Below the pieces are notes generated by a model. It searched no databases, was not told the origin of the DNA, and saw nothing but the letters and a program-made list of their open reading frames with translations. Source: Candidatus Heimdallarchaeota archaeon (GTDB lineage: Archaea > Asgardarchaeota > Heimdallarchaeia > JABLTI01). Taken from it: 64,000 nucleotides of DNA. Positions 40,647 to 49,298 of the stretch are shown in pieces (positions within the stretch are counted from its first letter, which is position 1; every line of letters starts with the position of its first letter). The translations under genes and the position numbers were made by a program. Location: positions 1-64,000 of the forward strand of contig DXJV01000029.1 of the NCBI GenBank assembly GCA_019056785.1, read 5' to 3'.

Positions 40647-40833
40647 TAGAAGTCCCTATGTTTTTTATTCGTAGTAGTTTATCTGGTAAAATCTGTTTTT
40701 AACTTTGTTGAAAAACTCCCCGGTAAAAAGCCAAAGGGAATAACTAAACGTTATTATTTAGGAAAGACTCAAAATATTGCTAGAAGACTATTATTATTCG
40801 TAAAAAAAGAAGAATATAGGTGTTGTTGGAAAA

Positions 40834-41826
40834 ATGACCTTTAATGAGATAAATGACGGTATTTGGAATGTTTATGGAGACCATGGCGAAGGGGGCGAGA
40901 GAAATGCTATTTATATCATAATGGATGAAAATATTGCCATAATTGACACAGGCCTCCGAGGGACAATCCAACACGAGGTCCTCGAATGCATTGAATATGC
41001 AAATCGCAAACCAAAAGAAGTGAAATACATCCTTTTGACTCGAGAGCATCACGATGCAATTGGAGGGGCGCGTCAATTATTAGATTACTTCCCAAAGGCC
41101 GAATTGGTTTGTCATAAAGCTGCAGAGGAAACACTTCGCAAACCCTATCTCTATCTCCCAGAAAAGCATTTCGAGCCGAATAAGAAAGGCGGGAGATTTA
41201 CCTTCCAACCCTGGGAACGCCTCTCCGGGATTAAACCTCATGCTGTTTTTGAAGACGGCGATAAATTCCCACTCGGAAAAACAACCCTGTATGTTGTTGC
41301 TTATCCTGGATTCAGTCAAGGGCATGCAATGTTTTTCAGCTCGAAACAGAAGGCGATTTTCACCGGTGCAGAACTCTATATTTATCCGATGCGCTTTAGT
41401 AACTATCTGATCGATAAAACTGGAAGCGCAGCAGAACGAGAAAAAGCATTGGAATTTATTTCGCGAGCGAAAATTGATATGATTTGTCCTGCCTACGATG
41501 GAGCGTATATTGGAAGTCAGGCTAAAGAATTAATTAAACAAGCTCTTGCTGCACATAAGAATTTTGAAGAAACGATTTTAATTACTCTAACTACTAGAGG
41601 AGCATGCACTTTTGACGAGATACGGGATGAAGTCTATCTAAGTTTGGGAATTGAATGGTATAAACCTTGGAAAGATCTCGTGGACGATTTAACTTTAAAA
41701 GCCCATTTGAAACAATTAGAAGAGGAAGACAAGATCTTTCGTTCTTCCAAAACGAGACGGAAAGAACCGCTCTGGGAAATCCATGAGGAACATAAAATCG
41801 ATCCAGAAAAAACGCTCTATTATTAA
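40834..41826 (+). CDS. Metallo-beta-lactamase-fold protein with degenerate metal ligands and C-terminal wHTH
   Basis: IIDTG; TREHHDAIGG (for THxHxDHxGG); YPGFSQGH; FTGAE; PAYDG; AHLKQLEEEDKI. Confidence 0.8.
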   Translation: MTFNEINDGIWNVYGDHGEGGERNAIYIIMDENIAIIDTGLRGTIQHEVLECIEYANRKPKEVKYILLTREHHDAIGGARQLLDYFPKAELVCHKAAEETLRKPYLYLPEKHFEPNKKGGRFTFQPWERLSGIKPHAVFEDGDKFPLGKTTLYVVAYPGFSQGHAMFFSSKQKAIFTGAELYIYPMRFSNYLIDKTGSAAEREKALEFISRAKIDMICPAYDGAYIGSQAKELIKQALAAHKNFEETILITLTTRGACTFDEIRDEVYLSLGIEWYKPWKDLVDDLTLKAHLKQLEEEDKIFRSSKTRRKEPLWEIHEEHKIDPEKTLYY

Positions 41827-41901
41827 TTGATTGAACTCTTGGTACAAAAAGAAAGACCATAGGAGGATGCCAATCTCTTTCCTCCTTCTTTCAAGTTTTT
41901 C

Positions 41902-42414
41902 TTATTGAGATTTTTTAATTTGCTTTAAAATTTCTACAAGAGAAGTTCTTGTGCCGTCACCACGGAGTGCCGATGTGCCGATAACTTTGCCTTTAAAACC
42001 AAGCATTTGTTTTATCTTCTCAGGTGGAAGTGCGCCTGGTTTGTCTTGTTTATTCGCACAAATAATTAGTGGCACCCGGCCACAAACAGCTTTAATGCGT
42101 TTTGTAAGGGCTTCAACTTGCGAAAATGTGGAAGGGTCGGTGCTATCAATCACCATAATAATCCCCGAAGCCCCCCTTGCAACGCATTGTTGAACATCTT
42201 TGAAATGATCTTGTCCGGGCGTGCCAAAAATGTGAACATGAAAGTTTTCGATCATATCATGGGTGAAGTCCAAGCCAACAGTTGTACCATTCACAGCAAC
42301 ATTTATGGGTTTTGTACCAAATTTTTGGACGAATTCAGATTTACCTGCATTATAAGGGCCTGTTACAACAATTTTAATGTCTTGTTCTGGACTATGGGGT
42401 TCCATATTTTCCAC
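41902..42414 (-). CDS. MglA/COG2229-like small GTPase
   Basis: GPYNAGKS, GTTVGLDF, FGTPGQ, ANKQD, TSA. Confidence 0.88.
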   Translation of the reverse strand: MENMEPHSPEQDIKIVVTGPYNAGKSEFVQKFGTKPINVAVNGTTVGLDFTHDMIENFHVHIFGTPGQDHFKDVQQCVARGASGIIMVIDSTDPSTFSQVEALTKRIKAVCGRVPLIICANKQDKPGALPPEKIKQMLGFKGKVIGTSALRGDGTRTSLVEILKQIKKSQ

Positions 42415-42722
42415 CGACTAATACTACTTTCTTTAGCATTAAAAGATTAAATATTATCGAAATAATATGTAAGGCTAGGCTTGGGGCAGCATGAAAAATA
42501 GTAGAAACAGCTCACCTAGTAGGGAAGCCAAAAAAGGGGGGTTAGAAAAAATTAACATTTACAAGGGGATTTTAAAAAAAATCATTGTAAAATTTCAGCA
42601 ATTTTCAAGAAAAAATTTTTATCAACGATTTTGTCAAAACTATAATCTTTAAAAATAATGATTTTCTAGATATATTACAAATTCATAAGAATTGAAAAAG
42701 GAAATTAATGATGTGATTAAAA

Positions 42723-43220
42723 ATGAAACCTGTTAGTTTGTGTCTTGTACAGATGGGCACAAAGGGATTGGAATTGGTTAAAGTTTATCCTAATGTTCTT
42801 CCTGAAGAAATTCTTAATCAAATTGTTGTTAAAAGCATGCCATTTAATGCAAAAAACGGTGATTTTGCTTCAAGCACTATTGGAGATGCAGTCTTTTCAG
42901 GGTATATTTTTTCTGTACCATCTGAAAATGAACGAGACAATATTGCCTCACTTGTTGCGGTTTATAACAATATGAATTATGATTCGAATGCATTACGGAA
43001 AGTTTTTGCATTTACTATTGCAGAACTCAAGAAGAATAATGTGGCTGATATTGAAACATTAACAAAGATATTACCAAACCTTTACAATGGATTGGTAAAC
43101 GGTCGCTTAAAGATCAAAATAAGCTCTGTAATAACCCTCGAATTTGACATGCAATATAAAGATGAGAAAGATGTAGATTTGGAATCATTGAATGGTTTTG
43201 GGAAAGATCTTTGGAAATAA
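42723..43220 (+). CDS. Putative uDENN/longin-domain protein
   Basis: Strand-GTKGLELVKVYP...I..KSMP....GDF.......SGYIF......R.NIASLV, resembling the uDENN G(P)-x4-YP...xxP pattern. Confidence 0.55.
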   Translation: MKPVSLCLVQMGTKGLELVKVYPNVLPEEILNQIVVKSMPFNAKNGDFASSTIGDAVFSGYIFSVPSENERDNIASLVAVYNNMNYDSNALRKVFAFTIAELKKNNVADIETLTKILPNLYNGLVNGRLKIKISSVITLEFDMQYKDEKDVDLESLNGFGKDLWK

Positions 43221-43250
43221 TAACATCAAGAGAAAGAAGGTAAAAAAAAG

Positions 43251-43781
43251 ATGTCTTTTTTAAAGCGATTGTTTCGACAACGTACCAAGCGAGTAACGAT
43301 AACCATTTGTGGTCTAGATAATGCCGGAAAGACAACCATTGTTCGATACCTAGTTGCTGGAGAATATAAATCCACAGTACCAACAATGGGAGTCAACAGA
43401 GAAGTCATTGATTTACCTAATTTACAAATGGATATTTTTGACTTAGGCGGACAGCTCGATTTTCGTGGCATTTGGCCTGAAATCAACGAAAAATCAGATG
43501 GACTCGTTTATGTTGTAGATGCATCTGATTATATTCGTCTTGACGAAAGCAAAGAAATTTTCTACAACATTATTAACGCACAAATCAATCCTTTAATTCC
43601 TGTGCTTATTCTGTTAAATAAGTGCGATTTAGAGGAGCGTCTCAGCCGCATTGAATTCATTAATGCTTTTGACTTACCTTCTTTGGGGAATATTAAATGG
43701 GCTTGCTTTGTGACTTCAGCGATCACCGGAGAAGGAATTTATGATGCCTTTCGCTGGTTTATTGACGCTTTTCAGGAGTAA
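43251..43781 (+). CDS. Arf/Arl-family small GTPase with N-terminal amphipathic helix
   Basis: MSFLKRLF helix; GLDNAGKTT, PTMG, DLGGQ..FR.IW, VYVVDASD, NKCD, TSAITGEG. Confidence 0.92.
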   Translation: MSFLKRLFRQRTKRVTITICGLDNAGKTTIVRYLVAGEYKSTVPTMGVNREVIDLPNLQMDIFDLGGQLDFRGIWPEINEKSDGLVYVVDASDYIRLDESKEIFYNIINAQINPLIPVLILLNKCDLEERLSRIEFINAFDLPSLGNIKWACFVTSAITGEGIYDAFRWFIDAFQE

Positions 43782-43789
43782 GATGAATT

Positions 43790-44734
43790 ATGGCTTTGGT
43801 ACTTTCAAGTTATTCGTATTATTATTTAATTGCAGGAATCATTAACTTCACTGTTCTTTCTTTTCTTCTTGTTTTGTTGATAATTCACTTTTTCCGCAAA
43901 AGAACTGTAGGAACATTTCTACTAATAATGACTTACGCAAGTGTATGGATAAATGAGATTTTAATGACATTGGCATTTTACCTCGAGGCACTTTACCCAG
44001 GAAATGAAAATTACCTAAAAGCAGCCCAAACAATGCAAATGACAGGCGTCTTCTTTTTGGTTTATACCATAAACTGGATGTATTTCTTTGCGAACAGGCA
44101 TTTAATTCGTGACAACGACTTGTTTAAATTGTTATATACCTCAATTTTTAGCGCTTTTGTTGGCGTTGCTGGAGGATTAGCTTATTATGACATCTACACA
44201 GGAGATAGAAACAATCCATTCTGGTATTCAATAATTGAACTAGCAGGTGCAGACTTTAATCTTAATTATCCTCCAACACAAGGGCTACGGTTGATTCTTA
44301 TAGGGGGAATGTTTGCCATTGGTTCAATCACCTATCTACGATTAATTGTACGAACCACAAGACTCACCCGCAAAGCTAAAGATCTCGTTACTAAAAAGGG
44401 CCTACGAATTGTCAGTTTATCTATTCTCTTTTTATGGTTAACAGGCTTAGTTCTAGCATTATATATTTTTGGAGCAAATCGAATTCCCTGGCTTTCTGTA
44501 TTGGTTTATCTCTTTCGTGGAATGATCGTCATTACAGCAGTAATTCTTGGGTATCTAGGCTGGATTATGCCCGAATGGCTAAGAAGACGACTTCGAGGGA
44601 AAGCGTGGATTGCAAAAGTTTACACAGGTAAATTGCCTGAACCACCAAAGAGCAAAGAAAATATTGAAAAGGCACCTAAACCAATAACTTCACCCACAAG
44701 CGCAAATCAAATTGTAGAAATTTCCGAACAGTGA
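43790..44734 (+). CDS. Seven-TM receptor-like membrane protein
   Basis: Seven hydrophobic segments, long TM4-5 loop, basic TM5-6 loop, GWIMPEWLRRRL after TM7; 8 bp after the Arf gene. Confidence 0.7.
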   Translation: MALVLSSYSYYYLIAGIINFTVLSFLLVLLIIHFFRKRTVGTFLLIMTYASVWINEILMTLAFYLEALYPGNENYLKAAQTMQMTGVFFLVYTINWMYFFANRHLIRDNDLFKLLYTSIFSAFVGVAGGLAYYDIYTGDRNNPFWYSIIELAGADFNLNYPPTQGLRLILIGGMFAIGSITYLRLIVRTTRLTRKAKDLVTKKGLRIVSLSILFLWLTGLVLALYIFGANRIPWLSVLVYLFRGMIVITAVILGYLGWIMPEWLRRRLRGKAWIAKVYTGKLPEPPKSKENIEKAPKPITSPTSANQIVEISEQ

Positions 44735-44761
44735 AATTTCGACAATTATTTTTTTTTATTT

Positions 44762-46246
44762 TTAGAAAAGCAATTGGCGGTAGGTCAATTCTGCAATAAG
44801 AGCTGCCGCAGATATGGTATCTCCTAAACCAACAGTTTGAATTGGGTCTTGAACGATAATAGTAGGAACTGCTAGAATCGTATACTCATTCAAATCAAAG
44901 TCCTTATAAGAAACATAAGTTTCTATTTTTTTCAACAGATTGTTAACCTTCTTGAATGCTTTTGGAAGAGTGGCATCAATATCTATCGTATCAATTATTT
45001 CTTTAAATTTGAATACTCCTTTTGCTTTTCCAGTAATAGCTTTATGGGCAGCTATTAATGAAGCAAAACACAGCGTTTTAAATAAAAGAACTTCTGGAAT
45101 AGGATAGTCTTTTGAAACAAATAGAAGATAACAACCAAAAAGATGTAAATGTAGCCGCTCAAGTTTGAGCTTCTCGCAAACCTTAAGAGCCCCTTTAATT
45201 ATCAATTCATAATTAGTAAACATATCAGCTTTGATTTCATTTGCCAATCTTTTCTGCTTTATTGCCTCAAGGAGTTCAACAAGCTCTCGTTCATTACATC
45301 CTAAACTATTCCAGTAAGTATCTTTTGAAGAATAATAATAAAGCCGGTCTAATAAGAGTCTATTTTTCGTACTGGCAAGCTCAAGATGAACCAGTAAATT
45401 AGGATTAGCTTTTTTCGCTCGTGTAATTAACTCAAGTGTTTTTATTATCTTCTGATTGACTCCTTCTTTTCCAAGCTTCTTTACATTAAGCATATGAAAG
45501 CCTGAAAGAATTAAAAGGTCAGATTTTTCAGCTAAAACCTCTATATCCCTTTGAAATGCCTCAAGTATTTCTAATTCTGCATTTGGTGGATCGAAGGTTG
45601 CAATAAAGCGATTATCGCGTGGGCATTTCCAATATAGTTTTTCACCCAATTTTAACGTATCACCCTTGTGTACTTCAGAAATGATGTGGAAATACAAGCT
45701 TTCATCAAAATCCTTCACCTTTCGAGGGTGTAAAAAGACAAGCTCCCCTTCTTTATTATAAAGGGGAATTTGGATGTTTTTTTTCTTGCTAAAAAGCTCT
45801 CGCATTAGCTTTGGCAAGGTGGTGGTATGAACAAAAATCTGTCGAACACCCAATTCAGCATAGAGATTAGCAATAATTCCTGCCTGCCCACCTAATTGTA
45901 TTTTTTTTGGTGGCGGGAGGTTTTGGAGGAGGTACTGATAGGTTTCTTCTGACTCGATTAACCATTCACTTGCTTTTCCTTTCTCGAAACAGCCACACAG
46001 CCCTGTGATAAAGTCAACAGGAGAATGAATTTTTCCCTTCCATTTTAGGATATTTGTATATAATCTAACCGGGTCGACACCAATTTTCTTGATTAAATTA
46101 AGAATCTGTTCGGAATGAAAATCGATGATCGCATCAATATTAGTATTGAATCCAACAATGGCTCCCCGCACTTTTTTAATGTTTTTTAGGATGTTTGAGA
46201 AGGAGTCATGATAGATTTCTGCCCAAGACACTCGAATATTCCTCAC
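44762..46246 (-). CDS. ADP-dependent glucokinase/phosphofructokinase
   Basis: GFNTNIDAI, GGQAGIIAN, NRFIA, LSGFH, HLELAS, SLGCNERE, TVGLGDTISA. Confidence 0.93.
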   Translation of the reverse strand: MRNIRVSWAEIYHDSFSNILKNIKKVRGAIVGFNTNIDAIIDFHSEQILNLIKKIGVDPVRLYTNILKWKGKIHSPVDFITGLCGCFEKGKASEWLIESEETYQYLLQNLPPPKKIQLGGQAGIIANLYAELGVRQIFVHTTTLPKLMRELFSKKKNIQIPLYNKEGELVFLHPRKVKDFDESLYFHIISEVHKGDTLKLGEKLYWKCPRDNRFIATFDPPNAELEILEAFQRDIEVLAEKSDLLILSGFHMLNVKKLGKEGVNQKIIKTLELITRAKKANPNLLVHLELASTKNRLLLDRLYYYSSKDTYWNSLGCNERELVELLEAIKQKRLANEIKADMFTNYELIIKGALKVCEKLKLERLHLHLFGCYLLFVSKDYPIPEVLLFKTLCFASLIAAHKAITGKAKGVFKFKEIIDTIDIDATLPKAFKKVNNLLKKIETYVSYKDFDLNEYTILAVPTIIVQDPIQTVGLGDTISAAALIAELTYRQLLF

Positions 46247-46346
46247 ATAGAGATTCTAGGATTTGTTATTAGGTTATAATAACATAAGACTTTTTCTTTT
46301 GGAAACTAAAAAAGAAGGAAAGAAAAGGTAGGTTGGCCTACCTCAA

Positions 46347-47531
46347 TTAGTCATCAAGGTCATCTACATCACCATCATCATCTTCATCTCTATCGACATC
46401 ACGTGATCTGCTCCAGCGTGATGGATAGGTTTCACCGGCAAATGAATATGCCAAGAGGAAGAGAACAAAATAGACGATACAGGTAAGAGCAAGTGCAGCA
46501 GTCAAGGCGGCATTGCGCACCTGAATTGTTCCTGCAGTGCGAACGAGGTCAACTGCGATGAACATCGGCAACATAACATATGCACCAATTGGAACATTAT
46601 CTCTCTTTGTTCGTTTGACCTTCTTGAAGAATCGTAATAAGAATTCTAACAAGCCAAAGAAGATAGTCACACCACTAATGACATAGAAAATGATGTCACG
46701 AGCAGGTAAGGTCATCGGGACAAGAATATAGGTAACGAAAACTGCAGTTGCAATGAGAAATTCTACGATATAAAGTATGCCTTTTGGTTTGGAGGTCGTC
46801 CGGTCCACTTGAGATGCACCTTCATAAATGAAATTCACAAAACCAGCAAGTACTGCTCCGATGCCAACGGAATACCCAAAGCCATAGATATAGTGAACGA
46901 AACCATATTCAGTCAAAATAGAACCTGTAGCTCCGGAACCAGACCAAAAGTTCCAAATATTGTTCCAGACAGTGCCATAATTTGCGCAGAATCCAATTGC
47001 CAAAACAATGGGAATAGCCGCCAGTAAAAGGCTGGGAATAAATGTCAACCATCGTGGGAGCTTTTTGCCAGTTTTTCGCTTTATTATCCAGGGGATCAAA
47101 CCAAACGATGCAACTACACCAATTATTGGCGTCCCAAAGGGGAGAATAAAGAAGACGAAAATGAAGAGCGCATTCACGCTGTAGAAAATATTCAATCCAA
47201 GGCTTACTTTTCGCATTGCTCGACCCATGTTTTCAAAAGTCTCTGCAACACGATTAGCATCCACAACGAGGAAGACCACCCAAGGCATGCTGAAAAATAC
47301 CGGGATAAAACCATAGACAAAAACCTTGGCCCAGACTTCGGGGAGAAAAGGAATAGTTTGCGCCGGATTCAGATACCGAAAATCTTCCCATGTAATTATT
47401 GGTGGGTCAAACCAACCTAAAGCAGGACTCGATCCTGCGACCATTAGAGCAAAGAACAATGGTATCACAATTATTAACACAAGTGTTATTAACCGACCCC
47501 AAATCAGTCCTTTTAATTTCTTAAGCGCCAT
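46347..47531 (-). CDS. Multi-pass membrane protein of unknown function
   Basis: About 10-11 hydrophobic segments; acidic C-terminal tail. Confidence 0.75.
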   Translation of the reverse strand: MALKKLKGLIWGRLITLVLIIVIPLFFALMVAGSSPALGWFDPPIITWEDFRYLNPAQTIPFLPEVWAKVFVYGFIPVFFSMPWVVFLVVDANRVAETFENMGRAMRKVSLGLNIFYSVNALFIFVFFILPFGTPIIGVVASFGLIPWIIKRKTGKKLPRWLTFIPSLLLAAIPIVLAIGFCANYGTVWNNIWNFWSGSGATGSILTEYGFVHYIYGFGYSVGIGAVLAGFVNFIYEGASQVDRTTSKPKGILYIVEFLIATAVFVTYILVPMTLPARDIIFYVISGVTIFFGLLEFLLRFFKKVKRTKRDNVPIGAYVMLPMFIAVDLVRTAGTIQVRNAALTAALALTCIVYFVLFLLAYSFAGETYPSRWSRSRDVDRDEDDDGDVDDLDD

Positions 47532-47607
47532 GTGAAATTCCTCACACTATTCTATTGGGACAATCTCTCATAAAAGGTTGTCCTTTTAGGAACCCCTCTT
47601 CCTTTCT

Positions 47608-47732
47608 CCCTTTTGAAATTTTTCAATGGAACTTCCAGTAGAAAGTGGGGTCAGTAAAATTTATAAATAGGATTATACTTAATGTTAGTTCCATTAGAAA
47701 CTGAGGTGAGTTGACTCCCCTGTTTCTAAAGG
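47608..47732. repeat. Cluster of four ORB-like repeats (candidate Orc1/Cdc6 binding sites)
   Basis: (-)GTTCCATTGAAAAATTTCAAAAGGG, (+)TTCCAGTAGAAAGTGGGGT, (+)GTTCCATTAGAAACTGAGG, (-)CCTTTAGAAACAGGGG around an AT-rich stretch. Confidence 0.5.
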
Positions 47733-47763
47733 TGAAATGAATAAAGTTAGGACAAGGTGAAAA

Positions 47764-48483
47764 ATGGCTCTTCAAACAAATGGTTTGATAATCCCACGAG
47801 GAATGGTTTTGCCTTTGAAACTCTTTCAGATAAATGGAGGGTCTTTAGGGAGTGCTTCAACAATTGTCAATAATTTGAAGGAACACCCTGTTGAGTTTAA
47901 AGAACGGAAATACTACGAGGGATTTTCTGATGTTGATTCCAATGGCAATATGATTAGTGTCTACTACACAATAGGACAACCCATCACAGTTCATCGAATG
48001 AAAGACGGTGAAATGACACCGCAAGTAGTGTATTCTCAAGGCAAGTGCGAATATATTATCCACGTCCGAGAGAAATTCCTTGAATGTAGAGGAACATCTT
48101 GGGTTGTGAAGAAAGGATTAACCCCCCTTATGGAGATTCTTGGAGTGGAATTCGATGGCGTGCATTTAAATGAAAACTCCATGGTCACTTTATGTAGGAA
48201 TGCTGCGTTGGTAAAAACAGTACAAATCTCAGACCTCGATAACCCAGCTTTAAATCAAATTCAACTAAGTGGAGAAATCCTCGATTCAGCTGAATGGACC
48301 ATTTATCGCAGGCAAGGAACGATCCGATATTTCCGGGGGTTCATTGACTTGCCAACAGGGGGTCAGCTCAGCGCTCAAGTAACAAATAAAGGGTCGATGC
48401 TAATTTATAAACGAGGTGTTGGCATCCCGGCCGAGGATGTTATTGCCGCTGTAAATATGATCATGAAGTTAGCAAAAACATAA
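47764..48483 (+). CDS. Hypothetical alpha/beta protein (possibly RdgC-like fold)
   Basis: AGGTGA SD, ATG start; alternating beta/alpha pattern. Confidence 0.75.
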   Translation: MALQTNGLIIPRGMVLPLKLFQINGGSLGSASTIVNNLKEHPVEFKERKYYEGFSDVDSNGNMISVYYTIGQPITVHRMKDGEMTPQVVYSQGKCEYIIHVREKFLECRGTSWVVKKGLTPLMEILGVEFDGVHLNENSMVTLCRNAALVKTVQISDLDNPALNQIQLSGEILDSAEWTIYRRQGTIRYFRGFIDLPTGGQLSAQVTNKGSMLIYKRGVGIPAEDVIAAVNMIMKLAKT

Positions 48484-48550
48484 ACATTCATGCTTCTTAC
48501 AAGAGAGACCTTGTTCGAAATTGGTCTTAATAGAGACCTGTTCACCTGCT

Positions 48551-48653
48551 TGACTGGAATGGGGCAACCCCACAATACGCGCTCCCCATCGTTTGAAAAA
48601 GCGATGGATCTTTTTTTGGGCCCCCATTTCCAGTCATACGATTATTATTTTTT
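48551..48653 (+). ncRNA. Long stem-loop element with GAAA-capped inner hairpin followed by a T-tract (3' UTR structure or ncRNA)
   Basis: TGACTGGAATGGGG (48551-48564) pairs with CCCCATTTCCAGTCA (48622-48636); inner CCATCGTTT-GAAA-AAGCGATGG with a G-U pair on the + strand. Confidence 0.4.
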
Positions 48654-48841
48654 CAAGCTATTTGATGTTAATGACTAAAATATTAGTGACTAAAAAGCTG
48701 CTTTCTTAATTTAACTTTTTCTTCTTATTGATGGTGTTAATTTCACCGTTGTTTTATTGTCCTTGTTTTATTATACAAATCAGTTTCCTCCCTACCTTTT
48801 TATGTTTGGAAGTAATTTGTAAAATATTGGAAGTGGTTCTT

Positions 48842-49273
48842 ATGACTCTGAGTGGTGTTCAAGCCGAACGCGATCTTGTTCATTTGTTTTGGGATGCAGG
48901 ATTTGCTGTCCTGCGTGCGCCTGCTTCAGGAGGGGGGACACTGTTACCGCGACCAGATCTTATTGCCGGATCGCAAAAGCGGCAGAAATTCTTTGTCTTG
49001 GAAATTAAGACAGCTCGAAAAGACAGTATTTACATCAGTGAAGAACAGATCAATGGCCTATTAGAATTTGCCTCTCGACTTGGCTTTGAAGCCTTTCTTG
49101 GCGTGAAATTTAAGAAACGCCGAAGTGGGTTCTTATTTTTAGCCGTCCCCGACGAATTGGAGCGAGTGAAAAACAGCACAAATTTCAAGGTAACTTTTGC
49201 TCATGCCTCACAGAAGGGTCGTACCGTTGGAGAGCTCATTGGTGAGTACAAACAGAAACGATTGCTCGAATAA
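48842..49273 (+). CDS. hjc: Archaeal Holliday junction resolvase
   Basis: G..AERDL...FW..GFAVLRAPASGG, PDLIAG, LEIK, EQINGL.EFA..LG; start set at ATG 48842. Confidence 0.93.
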   Translation: MTLSGVQAERDLVHLFWDAGFAVLRAPASGGGTLLPRPDLIAGSQKRQKFFVLEIKTARKDSIYISEEQINGLLEFASRLGFEAFLGVKFKKRRSGFLFLAVPDELERVKNSTNFKVTFAHASQKGRTVGELIGEYKQKRLLE

Positions 49274-49298
49274 TTACTCTTATTATTTCTCCAGCATC

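Noticed and set aside
42470-42545. Possible RNA structure (GGCTT...AAGCC) in the GTPase intergenic region
   Set aside because: Only short, weak pairings; chance level
43790-44734. Microbial rhodopsin/heliorhodopsin call for the 7TM protein
   Set aside because: No retinal-binding Lys in TM7 and no DxxxK/SxxxK motif
48551-48636. SECIS, H/ACA guide, 5S rRNA or tRNA identity for the stem-loop
   Set aside because: No tandem GA quartet or K-turn, no in-frame TGA in flanking genes, no 5S or cloverleaf consensus
48490-48678. 62-aa ORF between the 239-aa gene and hjc
   Set aside because: No SD or protein motifs; overlaps an inverted-repeat element better explained as non-coding
48728-48841. N-terminal extension of Hjc in the ORF track
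   Set aside because: T-rich non-homologous sequence; Hjc similarity starts at ATG 48842
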